A DNA stretch of 64,000 nucleotides from Macrostomum hystrix (Eukaryota; Animalia; Platyhelminthes). Shown in pieces: positions 34,391-47,243 of the stretch (positions are counted from its first letter, which is position 1; every line of letters starts with the position of its first letter). A model generated the notes under the pieces. The model made no database searches. It worked only from the letters and a program-made list of their open reading frames with translations, and was not told the origin of the DNA. The position numbers and the translations under genes were made by a program. The stretch covers positions 8,060,001 to 8,124,000 of the forward strand of contig CATNEN010000039.1 of the NCBI GenBank assembly GCA_950097015.1, written 5' to 3'.

Positions 34391-34703
34391 GGGTATCAGC
34401 TGCGGCCCCTGCTTTGCTGTCTGACCAGGTACTTCTAAACCTAGAACCAGCTGCATTCTGAATTTTTCTACTAAACTTTTTAATTTCTCCGGTAAAGCAT
34501 ACAGTGTCTGTCAGTTTTTTAATTAGACAGTCAGGTTTTGAATCGAAAAGTAGCTCGATTAATTTTGAGGCTTACTTGTTTATTGGTTTAAAATGAATTA
34601 TGACTCATTTGAATTATGAATTATGATTTATGAATTCAAGTTTCGGGAGTCTTATGAGAATTACAGTTGCCATGCGGTTAAAAATGCATTTTATGCTTGT
34701 CCG

Positions 34704-36715
34704 TCACTTCTTCCTTCTGCGAGAGGACTTTCGAACAGGGCTTCGCTCGGTAGCTTCTGGCACGTCGCCGACGTCGGCGACCTCTTCGTCGATGGCCTCG
34801 CCTCGTTGCCGACGTCTCAGCCGGCCAACGGCGAGGCCGACTCGGCGACTGTTTCCAACGTTGACAGTTTTTGGACCGGCCTTGGCTGAGATTTCAGCTG
34901 CAACTGCGGCCGCTTCTGATTGGCTGCGCCAGGAGCGAATCACAAACTTATCCATCAGGCTCTGGGTCTGGGAGATGGGTTTGAATGTGATTCAATACAG
35001 GCTGAATATGGCTAAATACTGGGTGCATATAGTATATTTTGTCTTTGAATTGTTTTTAACACCCGCGAAGATTGAGCAGGGCATAATTAACGGCGAGGCC
35101 ACATTCATTTGGGGCGCAGCCGCGGAGAGAAGGCTTGGGGGCTTGTCGTGCAATTTACGCCATTGAGGGCCAACCTCCTAGGCACAGTGAGTGCACACTG
35201 CCTGACGATGAGAAAGCCAGGGCAGATGTACACACCTTTGTGGGCGTGTGCCTGCAGGATTGCCTCCTTGCTGGCTGCGGGTCTAGTTTCACCAAATGAT
35301 GTGCCATTGCCCGCAGCTCTCCTGCAATTATTGTTACTTTATATATAAGGCATAGCAAAGCTATTAATATAAATCCCGGGAACTATTGTGACACCCCAGG
35401 CCAGCTCTCACCTTGGCAGAGCTGATCCTTCGCATGAGCGGCAGCATGACTCCGTCGCATTTCTCCCGGCTCCAGCCCATCTTGTCAGCGGCGAATCGGC
35501 GAATGAGGTCCAGGTCCGGCCGGCCCCAGACGAAGCCGTCTGCAGTCGCCGAGTTCAACGAATCCACGGCCGGCTTCAGGTAGGCGTTGGCGACACGCAG
35601 CGAGGGAAAACTTGGCGGAAACTCCAGCCGCAGAGCTTTCACCTGAGCCGGCGTCAGGCCGACCTCGCCGCCTGCCTGGCCGCAGTTCCGCTGCTCGTCC
35701 AGCCACTGGCGAAGCCGACTGGCATTGCCGAACTCTGCCAGCATCTCCATGGCGGTGACGGGACCGAGGCCGGGCACACCGTCTGTGTAGTCCGAGCCGC
35801 ACATCAGGGCCAGGTCCACCATGGCCTCGCGGTCCAAGCCCATGCGGTGCTGGATGGACTCCAGGGTGAAGCGACGGACCTGGCAGCGAAGGGGAAATGG
35901 GATCTATGAGTGGGATCAGTGGGAATTAGAAAAAGTGGGATAAATGAAGAACAGAATGGGATCAATGAGGAACAGAATGGGATCAATGAGGAATGGAGTG
36001 GGATCAACGGGGGTTATAATGGGATCAATGAGGAATGAATCAGGATCAAATAGGAACAGAATGGGATCAATGAGGAATGGAGTAGGATAAATGAGGAATG
36101 GAGTAGGATCAATGAGGAATGGAGTAGGATAAATGAGGAATGGAGTAGGATCAATGAGGAATGGAGTAGGATAAATGAGGAATGGAGTAGGATAAATGAG
36201 GAATGGAGTAGGATAAATGAGGAATGGAGTAGGATAAATGAGGAATGGAGTAGGATCAATGAGGAATGGAGTAGGATAAATGAGGAACAGAATGGATGCC
36301 ATGAGGAGCTGAATGGGACTGGGAGAATAAAAACACCTGCTGGCTGCGGCTGAACACGTATCGATATACCCGGCGGGCTCCGAACAGCCACACGTCGGAG
36401 TCGTCGGTGATGGTGCCCTCCGTGAGGCCCAGCTGCTCAAGCCTGGCGCACTGAGCCTCGGCCTCCTCAGGGCTGAGCACCACGGGCAGGCCGAACAAAG
36501 AGATCAGGCGACGGCTCTCGTCTACGAGAAGCTGCAATTTTGCGGGTTTTTCGTGACAAACAGTTAAATTTAATTGCACTTCTCGTATATTTTTACTGTC
36601 AGTAAGCTGATAGCGAAAAACACTGAAAACATTTTTTAAACGGACCTGGGAAACTGACTCGCTTCTCGCTTCAACACGAGCAAGCTGTTCTCTGGTGGCT
36701 TCCACAGTCAGTGCC

Positions 36716-36749
<34 letters not shown>

Positions 36750-39700
36750 GCTCCGTAGCCGCAGAAATCCTTTCAGACGCGTTCGCTCCAAACAGAAAGG
36801 ACGCCTTGTTAAAAACGGTGGGCACCTTCTTCGATGTTGAAGCTGCGGTCTTTGAAGCCGTTGGCGACTGCAGCATTGGCACCTCCTCGAAGTCTTCGTC
36901 GTCATCGTCCTCCGCCTCCTCCGCCTCTTTCTGGTCATCGTGTCTGACTTCTGCTGGAACATCTTCGAGTTCCTGCGACTGCTTTGTTGGCTTGGCAATC
37001 GTGGACGGCTCAACAACCTGTACACCAGCCTTTTCTTGAGCAGTTTTTGAGCATAACCCGGCAGAATCCTGCTCTTCTGTTGTCTCTAAATTAATACGCG
37101 ACTTCAAATCAAAGTTGACTTGGACATTAACAGGTGAATTCGGTTCCACATCCGCAATGGACTCGGGTTCCACATTCGCATTGGACTCGGGTTCCACATC
37201 CGCAATGGACTCGGGTTCCACATTCGCATTGGACTCGGGTTCCACATCCGCATTGGACTCGGGTTCCACATCCGCATTGGACTCGGGTTCCACATCCGCA
37301 TTGGACTCGGGTTCCACATTCGCATTGGACTCGGGTTCCACATCCGCATTGGACTCGGGTTCCACATCCGCATTGGACTCGGGTTCCACATCCGCATTGG
37401 ACTCGGGTTCCACATCCGCATTGGACTCGGGTTCCACATCCGCATTGGACTCGGGTTCCACATCCGCATTGGACTCGGGTTCCACATCCGCATTGGACTC
37501 GGGTTCCACATCCGCATTGGACTCGGGTTCCACATCCGCATTGGACTCGGGTTCCACGTCCGCAGCGGCCATTGGTTCGACACTCGGATCAACTGAAGGA
37601 CGTCCGCGTCGACCGGAGGCCGCAGCAGCGGCGGTGGCAGCCACCAGCTGACCGCCAGCTGCCAGCAGCTGCTCATCAGTCAGCGGCTCCTCCGCTTTGT
37701 AGCTGTCGTCAAGGATTTCTTCCAGGTCGTCAGCAAAGTTGCCAACGACATCCGCCGACACTGTCGACTTATTCGACGACGACGCTTCTTCCTCGTCGGC
37801 ATCAGCTTTGTCGTTGTTAGCCGTAGCCGATCTCGCAGTCAACAGGTCGCCCCAGTCCTGGGTTGGTCGGCCAGCCGCAGCGCTGATCAGAAGAGCGTGA
37901 CCTCCAGCCTCGCTGGCAATCTTGCTGAGCGCCAGTCGGCCCCGACCGGCCGAGATCCACTCAGCGGCTCGACCGCCGCCGATGCGGCCAGAGCCGTCGG
38001 CTACGGAGGAAGCCGCGCGTCTCAGCAGCCGATCCGCCTGGCTCTGGGTGATGCGCCGACGCAGCTGGTCGAGGTGGCGCGTCAGATGGCCCTGGCGGAG
38101 AAGCTTGGCGAACTGGTAGCCGCTGAAGGACTCGGCGCTGGAGGAATCGACGTCGCCTAGACGGGCGTTGAGTACGCGCGATTTAGACGAGGTGAGCTCC
38201 AGGAGCACGTGGTACTGGGCCTCGTCTGGGAGTCGCTTGAACTCGGCACTATCCGGGTCCACGTTGCCTAGAGAACCGCAGCTTTCCTGTGCGATTTCGA
38301 TACATATCGGGTGATATTTATAAAGCGTAGCTGATGTTTAGAAAACACATTCGGTGACTGTGTGACTCACCAGAAAGTCGCGAACCCGAGCACTCAGTCC
38401 AGTCTCCTCAGGGTCAGTTGGTTCCATTGGATCTCTGAATGAGAGAATGGAGTCATAGAATGAAGCGTCGGACTCACGACTTGAAGGTCAGGGGTTCGAT
38501 TTCTGACTCCATTGGAACCATTTGTGTTCGAATTTCAAGTTCAAAAAGATGTTAAATAAGTACCAGCATCAGCTGGGGTAATTGAGAGTGGGTGTGTCAT
38601 CCCCCGATCCCCATCAGTACGATAAGAGGCAGAGCGGTTAACGATTTGCTTCTCGCACCAAGGTCCCTGAGCTCGATTCCCCGCGGCGAGGCCACATTCA
38701 TTTGGGGCGCAGCCGCGGAGAGAAGGCTTGGGGGCTGGCCGTGCAATTTACGCCCTTAAGGGCCAACCTCCAAGGCACAGAGAAAGTGTACACTGCCTGA
38801 TGATTAGAAAGTCAGTGCAGATGTACACACCTGTTTGCGTCTGTGCTCAGGAGTCAGCGGAAAGGGCAGAATTGCCTCCTCTGGTGTCAATAAAAAAATT
38901 TGTGCCATTGCTCGCAGACCTTCTGCAATTATAATTATTATTCATCCCGCCAGTCCATGGACTGAACAACCGTACGCAGCCTTCAGATTATTATTCTAGA
39001 AAACGTCCTTCCTCAAACACTCGCCTCTCATCTCCGTCAGTTTCCTCGACGCTGCCAGACGATGCAAAGACCCCGACAGTCGCGCTGGCATCATCGCCGC
39101 AATTGGCGGCCTCTAAAACTGCAGCATCGTCGGCACTGTCATCGTCGGCAGCCGGATCGCCGTCGGTGTCGGAGCGCTGCAGAGTGTCCAGAAATCTCTC
39201 GGCTCCAACGCGCATGTAGTGACGGAGCACCCGCAGCCGCAGCTCCAGAGCTTTGTCTTCGGCGGTGCGACGCGCCTGACGACGGCGCTCCTGCGTTGGA
39301 TGAGTGTTGCATGGGTGGCGGATTGGATGAAGGACGAGTCTAAACTGACTCCGCGTCGAGTCAGCGGCGAGGCCAAGTTAATTAGGGGGGCAGTGAGAGT
39401 GTACACCGCCTGACGTTGCAGAAGTCAGGGCACATGTACACACCTGACGACCCTGAGTCTACGGGTAGACTTTTGCCTCTATGCAAGTACGAGCGTATCG
39501 TTATTCTATGCTCAAACAGCAGCCCACTCACAATGGTCGCCCGTTTCAGCTCCGGAGTGCAGCCATCGAACACAAATATAGGCTTGATATTAAAGTACAG
39601 CAGTTTGCAGACCCGATGGAACACTGTCTCGAGAGCGGCGGAGACTTGATCGCCACCGGACTGCCTGCCTTTGATAGCCTGGTTGAGCCATAGACTAACG

Positions 39701-41600
39701 TCTGCAAGATGTTGTCTCTGATAGTTTAATATTGGAAAGTACTGCTCTATGCAAGCTTGTTGAGTTTTTGGCCTCGAATATAACTGGATTTCATTATAGC
39801 TGCGAATATGCAATGTGTTACGAGATTCCGGTGGACTTGTTGACACAACTCTGTCTAGCGACACAGTTATCGCGCGCTTACACACAGCTACATCAATGTT
39901 TCAGAGGCAGCGATGGGGCCCGCTAAAAACTGTTTGCACAGCTCAAACAGGGGCTGCGAAAATCCTCTGTTCCACTACTTGAGCTGAACAGGGTCAGCTT
40001 ACCGATGCCAGAGACGGACTGGATGACAATTTCATTATACACAATTCACGACACATGCTCTCTGTGTAGCAGTCGGCCCACCCGATGTCCTTTCCGATCC
40101 TGTCCTGTCCTGTCTTATCCTGTCCAGTTTAGTCCAATCCAATCCTATCCTATCCTGTCCTATCTAATTTTGTCCTGTCCTATCCTGTCTTGCTCTATCC
40201 TACTCTATTCTTCCATTCCTGTACAGTCCTATCCTGTCCTGTCCTATCCTTTCATATCCCATCCTGTCCTACCCAATCTTGTCCTGTCCTGTCCTATCCT
40301 AACCTGTCCTGTCCTGTGCTGTCCTAAAAATGCTCTCTTCAGCCCAGTACTATTCTTTGTCCCTACGATCCGCCATGCCACCCAACCCTGTCAGATATTA
40401 TCGGCAGAAGTTGCGCAGACTAATAAAAAACAGGGGCCCTAAAAGTGCAAGCCAGAAAAGTCTGGACCGTATTTTCCCCATCGTATTTGCTTATCTATCT
40501 CACTAAGAATCGTGCTGAGATGACGCAAATCAAAACCTGTCAACACCTGTCGCGATATTCCCGGGCCGCTGAACTCAGCTGAGTTCTTGCTCAGCTGAGC
40601 AAGTGTGCCCGGCACCCAAACGGCCGGTGATTGACAGACAGCTGGTCAGTTATCAACAAATCGATGGAATATAGTTTGTTTATACAGTCATAGTTCTCAA
40701 TTAACATATAATTAGGAGCTCTACGTATAACTCAAAACTTGAGCCCGCGTTAGTACTCGTAAATCAGCAAATTTAGAATCAGAAAGCCACTCATTTATTA
40801 TGCGCTGACTGTCATGACATAAAAATGCATCTTGATGTGTTAGTATCTACAATCACGGCTGGTTAAATCAAAATTCACAAATGCATAAGATGCGCCGGGT
40901 GAGTGTTGCGCCCCACAGTCCATGAACTTAGGGGGGGGGCAGAGCGGTTAACGCGTTTGCCTCTCGCACCACGGTCCCTATGCTCGATTCCACGGCGAGG
41001 CCACATTTATTTGGGGCGCAGCCGCGGAGAGAGGCTTGTCGTGCAATATACGCCCTCGAGGAAAGTCAGGCACATGCACACACCCTGTATGAGCGTATGC
41101 CTGCGTACAGTATCTGTGTGCGTGTGGGCTCAGGAGTCAGCGAAATGGGCAGAATTGTCTCCTCGCTGGCAGCGGGTTTAGTATCACAAGATGATGTACC
41201 ATTGTTTGCAGCCCTCCTGCAATTATATGTATATATGTCCATGGACTTAACAGCCTTAGTAAGCGCCGAGTGAGTGTGGCGTCCTCCACCCAGTCCATGG
41301 ACTTAACAGCCTTAGTAAGCGCCGAGTGAGTGTGGCGTCCTCCACCCAGTCCATGGACTTAACAGCCTTAGGAAACGCAGAGGCAATAGCTGCGGCTGTG
41401 CCACTGATTGTTCAGATGTTATATGCAACATCCATCAGTCAATCTTTCTTTTTACCTAAGCAAATACAGCGGATCTGTGACAAAGAAGGCACTATTAGAA
41501 AAGCGCACTCACCGATTGCTAGCACCTTTGAGTCCAAGGACTCTAGCGGCACAGCTTCGCCGGTGACATTAATCAGCTGCCAGAGTCCCTTAACTCCCAT
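34704..41600 (-). CDS. ERCC5: DNA excision repair endonuclease XPG; exons 41600-41513, 39701-39532, 39290-39025, 38434-38371, 38286-36646, 36531-36337, 35879-35412, 34967-34704
   Basis: MGVKGLWQL, LAI|DVSLWLNQ, PIFVFDG, EAEAQCA, ITDDSDVWLFG, GSDYTDGVPGLGPV and the PIP-box-like QSLMDKFV. Splice phases are consistent. Confidence 0.95.
35090..35345 (+). mobile_element. SINE family A, 5'-truncated, in an XPG intron
   Basis: Matches the body of the 13342-13700 copy. Confidence 0.82.
35905..36300. repeat. 21-bp tandem repeat ATGAGGAATGGAGTAGGATAA in an XPG intron
   Basis: Visible array. Confidence 0.93.
37140..37560 (-). repeat. Coding 24-bp tandem repeat (ADVEPESN)n in the XPG spacer
   Basis: About 17 in-frame copies within exon 38286-36646. 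Confidence 0.93.
38628..38942 (+). mobile_element. SINE family A nested inside a family B SINE
   Basis: Family B sequence precedes it (38450-38610) and resumes after it (CATCCCGCCAGTCCATGGACTG). Confidence 0.78.
40090..40325. repeat. Degenerate (TCCTG/TCCTA)n microsatellite
   Basis: Visible array. Confidence 0.88.
40931..41236 (+). mobile_element. SINE family A nested inside a family B SINE
   Basis: Flanked by GTCCATGAACTTA / GTCCATGGACTTA, a target-site-duplication-like repeat. Confidence 0.8.
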
Positions 41601-43476
41601 CCGGACGGGCGCCGGACAGCTGCAAGCAGAAAACGTAAAAAGGAGGAAATTTTTTTTTCTTTGAATAAAGACAAGCCGAAAGCGCAGCGGAAAGGTCTTC
41701 TTTGAGAACGAGCGGGCTGCTTTGAAGAACCTATTATAGGCCTTTCTCAAAAAGTCGGCTGCTTGTTTAAGATTAGAAAACGCTTCCAGCGTAATAACAA
41801 CTATCAATAGATAGATTAGCAGTCCATCGCATCAGTTCATTCCCTATTATTTATTCACAATATTATTTATCTATTTATTCACAATCAATCTATCTACACA
41901 CAAGGTTAGACTAGCAATCCATTCTTTACAGTGATTGATGAGATACATGTATATTAGCAATCCTAATTGACTTGAGATGGATTAGTTATTTTATTCCTAA
42001 TTGACATGATTGCCTCATGTGTGATACAAAAGATCGACCTTGAAAGCATTATTAGGCCATGTCAGACAACGGAACTAGCAATGTAATCGAGTTTCTTAAT
42101 GAATCCTGCAAAGTGAGAAGCACACGAGTATTTCTATAATCAAGCAGCGCAGAATTTTGCGGAAGTGCTGACTATCCATTGTGAGCACTAATTAATCCAG
42201 CTGCTTGTACCTGCAGTGTCAGATAGTTATTTTGAAACTCTCTTTTACAGCCATGTGGCCAAAAACACCGAGATAAATACAAAAGACACCGCGGAGTGTC
42301 GAGGGAAACTGGCCTGAATCGAATGAAGCCGAACAGAATTCGTGCCATCCGCCTACAGTGCGCTCACTTAGAATCGCACACAGATAAGGAGGCGAGTGTC
42401 TCGAGGCAGACGCAGGGTTAGAAACTAAACTAATTTGGCGCAGAATTAAAGTGACCGACACTGCGCACGAAATATTCGCGACAGCTGGACTCGCGACACA
42501 CCGGATGATTAGAAGGCCTGCTCAACAGTAAATTGATGTACACTTCTCCAGAAGCAGCGGTCATTCGCCTGCGGGCTTTCTTCCGCATTCGGCCTGTCTT
42601 TCCTATTTACTCTAAGGGAGTTTGTCTTCCCTTTGATTGCCTAGTTGCCAGGCCGCCCACACCCTGAGAGCGTGCCTGCTTCTGTCACTTTAATTCTAGA
42701 AAAATTCCCCACGGGAGCCGAGGCACCGAAGCAGTTTGACAGGTCGAGTTCAAGAAAACAAGAAGAATAACTGGATTTCTCGGCACTCAAACAAATGAGA
42801 CCGAACCAGATGGATAATTTAAGAATTCAGAAAGCTAGCAGCGGCAGACACCGAATTTAAATAAGGATTTAAAAAAATTATCACCCATGAACAATTTATA
42901 TGAAATCTAGCTGTTTTGTATGGAAAATTTTCGCTAGTTCTTAATCGATAATCGTTGAATTTTTCTAATCAAATCGGCCTCTTGACAGGAAAACTCAATA
43001 GACATTGACACCCTGTGCACTGAAAATACCAACGCATAATGAATTTAAAACCTCAAGAATCAAGAGTGAGCCTCATGGCTTTTGATGCATTATTCATTGC
43101 GATATATAACCAGACAGAGGGGTAGGGCCATGTTGCCGCAGATCACTAATAATTGAATTATAATCTAATATAGTCTTAGGCGATGCACTTAAGTCGAAGG
43201 TTCAATCGAAGGTGCGACGATACGTCTGAATTCGAGACTGAAACGGGACGGCAGATAAAAATCACTGGCTCCCCCTAGATTCGACAAGACGTTGTGTATA
43301 ATCGCGATACCTCGCAGGCGAGACACGCTATTGGCTGCGAACAAAAAAGCCCAGGCTCTTGACAAGTGGGGGTGGCGAAGTCAGAAGAAGGACGTCTCCT
43401 CAGGTTTAACAAAGCGCACAACTGTGCCAGGCGATTTGAGAATCTCAACTCAAGGCGAGAATTTCAGTCAGCAGTC

Positions 43477-44682
43477 ATGTCTATCAGCCCCGATCAGCTG
43501 TTTATTAGCTTCGCAAACGAGAGCCTACGCTTGGAGGCTTTCATAAAGACGGTAACAGTTCAGGAGATCTCAATGGGCCGATTGATCATGCTAGTCATGT
43601 ATGCGGTCATTGGAGCCACGTCATTAGTTAGCAACGGCCTGTTGCTGCTGGCTGTGCTAAAATCCAGACGCGTCTCCGAGAAGTACTTCCTACTTAACCT
43701 GGTGTTCACGGATCTGCTAATGACGGTCATCTGCATACCTGGCGCCAGTCAGAAGCTCGTGTCAAATCACTGGTCTCTAGGCGAGGGCCTCTGTCGCCTG
43801 GTGGAATCGGCCATGGTATCCTTCGCCGCAGCCAGCATCTTCAACCACACGGCTATGATTCTAGAGCGCTTCATTGGAATTAGCGCCAATAGACTGGCCA
43901 TCAATAGTAAGGCCTCGCGCAACACGTCCTGCAAGATGATCGCCGTGGTGTGGCTGGTTGCCGTGTCTTTCGGCTCGCCGGCCGCCAAGTTCTCGCGCCT
44001 TTCAGACGCCGGCAGCCGTCATTCTCGTTCATTCTCGTTCGCCCCGTTCACCAACGGCAGCCAACTATCGCAGATGTGCTTGCAGAATATGAACAACCGC
44101 ATCATGACGGTGGTGTATGACGCGTTTGGCATTACCCTGCTGTACGTCCTGCCGCTCAGCATCATCATCTACAGCTACGCCAGGATCATAAGCACGGTGC
44201 GCGAGGTGCACTCACAGTTGGTTCACTTCAACAATCACGCCGTAGCCGTGAATAGGACCAAGAAAATTGTGCGCCTTGGCGTCACAATGGCCAGCATCTT
44301 TGCGATCTCTTGGTTGCCGCATCATTTGACTATGCAGATTAGAAATATCATGGCCCTAATCAATGGAGAATCCTTTGGCCTGCTGGCTGCCCTATCTAAC
44401 GGTGTTGACACCTCGATATTCGTCCTGATCGAGGACGCAATCAGCTGTCTGGCTTTGTCCAACTGCGCCGTCAACCCGATCTATCTGTTCATGTCGTGTC
44501 CGAAATTTCGCAAGATAATCGCCTGCACCTTCCGCTGTCGCAGGGACAATGGCTACAGTGGCAACGGTGGCAATATGGGCATGACAGCCAGCGCCATGGC
44601 CACTGGCACTGTGAGCAATCAGCACATTGTTGTGCGAGTCGCCAACACCGCTCACGGACGGCAGTGTGAGAGTGCCGTCTAG
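43477..44682 (+). CDS. Intronless rhodopsin-family (class A) GPCR, probably a peptide receptor
   Basis: Seven hydrophobic segments; SN in TM1, NLVFTD in TM2, W.LG..LC, ERF in place of DRY, SWLPH in TM6 and NPIY in TM7. Start codon is inferred. Confidence 0.92.
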   Translation: MSISPDQLFISFANESLRLEAFIKTVTVQEISMGRLIMLVMYAVIGATSLVSNGLLLLAVLKSRRVSEKYFLLNLVFTDLLMTVICIPGASQKLVSNHWSLGEGLCRLVESAMVSFAAASIFNHTAMILERFIGISANRLAINSKASRNTSCKMIAVVWLVAVSFGSPAAKFSRLSDAGSRHSRSFSFAPFTNGSQLSQMCLQNMNNRIMTVVYDAFGITLLYVLPLSIIIYSYARIISTVREVHSQLVHFNNHAVAVNRTKKIVRLGVTMASIFAISWLPHHLTMQIRNIMALINGESFGLLAALSNGVDTSIFVLIEDAISCLALSNCAVNPIYLFMSCPKFRKIIACTFRCRRDNGYSGNGGNMGMTASAMATGTVSNQHIVVRVANTAHGRQCESAV

Positions 44683-44844
44683 GTGACATAATCGTGACAA
44701 GCAACACAATTTTTTGTAGCCTTTGTTTTAGATCACCATTTAAAAATTTCCTAGACTTAGCCCTGCACAATAGAAAATATAAATATATATTAGCTTATCT
44801 TTTTAGAATGTCAGCGTGTGCAAAAAATGCGATCCAGAAGCATA

Positions 44845-45075
44845 CTTTGACTCCTGAGCATACTTCGCCGTTACAAACGAGTGTACTTCAGCCCAGATTT
44901 CGTCAGGCACTGTACAGTGTACACTCTCACTGCGCCTTGGAGGTTGACCCTCGTGGGAGCGAATTGCAAAAGCTCCAAAGCCATCTTTACGCGGCTGCGC
45001 CCCAAATTGATTTTTGCCTCGCCGCGGAATCGCGAGCTCAGGAATCGAATCGCGGAAGCGAACAACGCGTTAACT
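44845..45075 (-). mobile_element. Old, divergent SINE family A-related copy
   Basis: Degenerate reverse-complement similarity (GCGGCTGCGCCCCAAAT...CTCGCCGCGGAATCG). Confidence 0.65.
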
Positions 45076-46526
45076 CTTTGATTTGTCGACCCGAAGATAA
45101 AAGCGAGAGCAGAGCGCTTCGAAGGTGTTAAAAACTTCTGTCAGAAAATTGTCGGATCAAATGAAGCGTGAAAAAATCTAATGACGAAAACTAAGGAAAG
45201 AATCTCGTGAAGTGCGCATGCTAAGAGCTATTAACGCACGCCTCAGTCCAGAATTTCGTCAGATTTTATAGGAAACCTGACAACGTCAACTTTAAGCTCG
45301 ACTAAAATTTTCGAACCTAACAGATTTCACTTTGTGTAAGAAAACAATTTTAAGCCGACAGGTAAACAGCATTTCAAGCCCTAGGAATATCACGCATAAT
45401 GGGTCATACCCGTGGCAGTCCTAACAACCTAAAGCAACTGAATGTGTATAAAAGTAAAGAAACTTTAAAATAGAGAACTCGCGTTGATCTTAGTCAGTCA
45501 AAGATTGTAAAATAAAATTATCCGTGTGTATTTGTTCAGATTTTACAGAGTGCCATCAACATATTACATAATATAATAATATTTATATTCTAACGTATAA
45601 AAACACATCAAAAAACACACATAAAAACTAAAGTCTAATTTTGAATTTAAGGTAATATAGTCGCAAACTTAGGTTCATTCACTCTCTTTAAATAGAATGT
45701 GACGTGACTATAATAATAGGTTCTTATACTAGACACACCAAACTGCACGCAAACTAGGCGTGCTAATCGGCCTTGATGCTAAAAATAGCCTGAACGAAAA
45801 ACCCCGTTTTTTGTCTAACTTAAAAAGCGCAACGCGACAGACGCAACTGATGCTAAAATTAGCACACGCTCATTCCTCAAAATTTTCTTAGAAAATTAGA
45901 AAGGGTCACGTGACAGTTGACCTTGAAGAATGAAAACAGAAGCAACAGTAGCATTTTGGCGAAAAAATCTGCAATTTTTTTGTAGATGTACGTAAAAAAT
46001 AGATGTACTCGTACTTATCAAATGTACATGTTTATACAGACTGAAATCACGCGAGTGACACGTGCTAATCGGCCTTGATGCTAAAAATAGCACATGCCAA
46101 ACCTTGATATAAATATTCTGCTATCACGTGACATGAATACTCATAGCCAGCAATGCAGATATTTTCAGAGAAAAGCGAAATAAGGTCCTACCTGTTCCAA
46201 AACAATGAAACCACGCACCAAATAAAGCATTATCCACATGAAAGCGATGAAAAGGTTTACTGAAATATAACCAAAATTAATAATAAGTAGTATAGACAGA
46301 CAATCTTCAGCGAGCGAGCAATTAATAACAGTGGAGAACAGAAATCTGATTCATTGTAGTCTAAAGTACAAGTAACGTCTATTAAATAGTGACAGCCCAA
46401 TAAAGGGATCCAACTGAGAGTCTAGGAGACGGAACTAATATGCATGAAAACCTGCACCATAAAAGACGCGGAATAGCCAGTGTCAGTGCATACAGGCTGG
46501 CACAATTGGTCAGCTCTGGCCAATCA

Positions 46527-47211
46527 TCAATCGTCAGGCAGGTCGAATCTCAGCGAGTCTAACGCCAGCCTCTGCAGTGTGTCGCAGCGAGGACACCTGG
46601 CTCCTCCGCCTGGCCCGCAGTCGGTGTGCCGAACGGAGGCGCAGTTCAAGGACACGCACTCGGCGTACTGGTCCAGCTCGTGCAGCAAAATCGGCCTGTC
46701 CTCCCTGCGACACACCCAGCACCTGGCGCTAATTGTGCGACAGTTGGCGCAGCTATTCACGTGACCGCGGGCCAGCTGCACCGCCTTGGCTAGGCGGAGC
46801 CGCAGGTCGCCGGAGTGAACGGCGCACAGATCGGCAGCCGAGTACAGGTGCAAAGTCAGCCTCGAGTCGTACATGTAATCTAATCCGGCCAAGCAGCTGC
46901 GGAATTGGTCGCTAATGTCGCGATTGGTCTGGCAGGCGGACAGGTAGCGCCAGAGGACGAGTGCCTGGCGGCGCAGGTTCAGCACTTCGGCAAGCTGCGG
47001 CTGCAGGCTGTACAGGTGAGGATTTGACTTGGACAGGTCTATCATTGGATGCTGCCAGATAAGGTCGAGAACGGTGAAGCTGCGAACCGACACCGGGTAG
47101 GGTGTGAAATCCCAATTGTTGAGAATATCCCTAGGACAGGGAGATTTCAAAGGGCAACAGTCAGGGCAGTACAGTCTCCCATCGTATCGATCTGTGACTG
47201 GAGACCGAATG

Positions 47212-47243
<32 letters not shown>

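Noticed and set aside
33747-34461. Antisense and alternate-frame ORFs over the LINE (likewise over PLK, XPG and PLEKHM1 exons)
   Set aside because: Shadow ORFs of GC-rich coding sequence.
43477-44682. GPCR as the receptor of the GnRH-like peptide at 9366
   Set aside because: Proximity (~34 kb) is not evidence, and I see no diagnostic GnRH/corazonin-receptor signature; a phylogeny would be needed.
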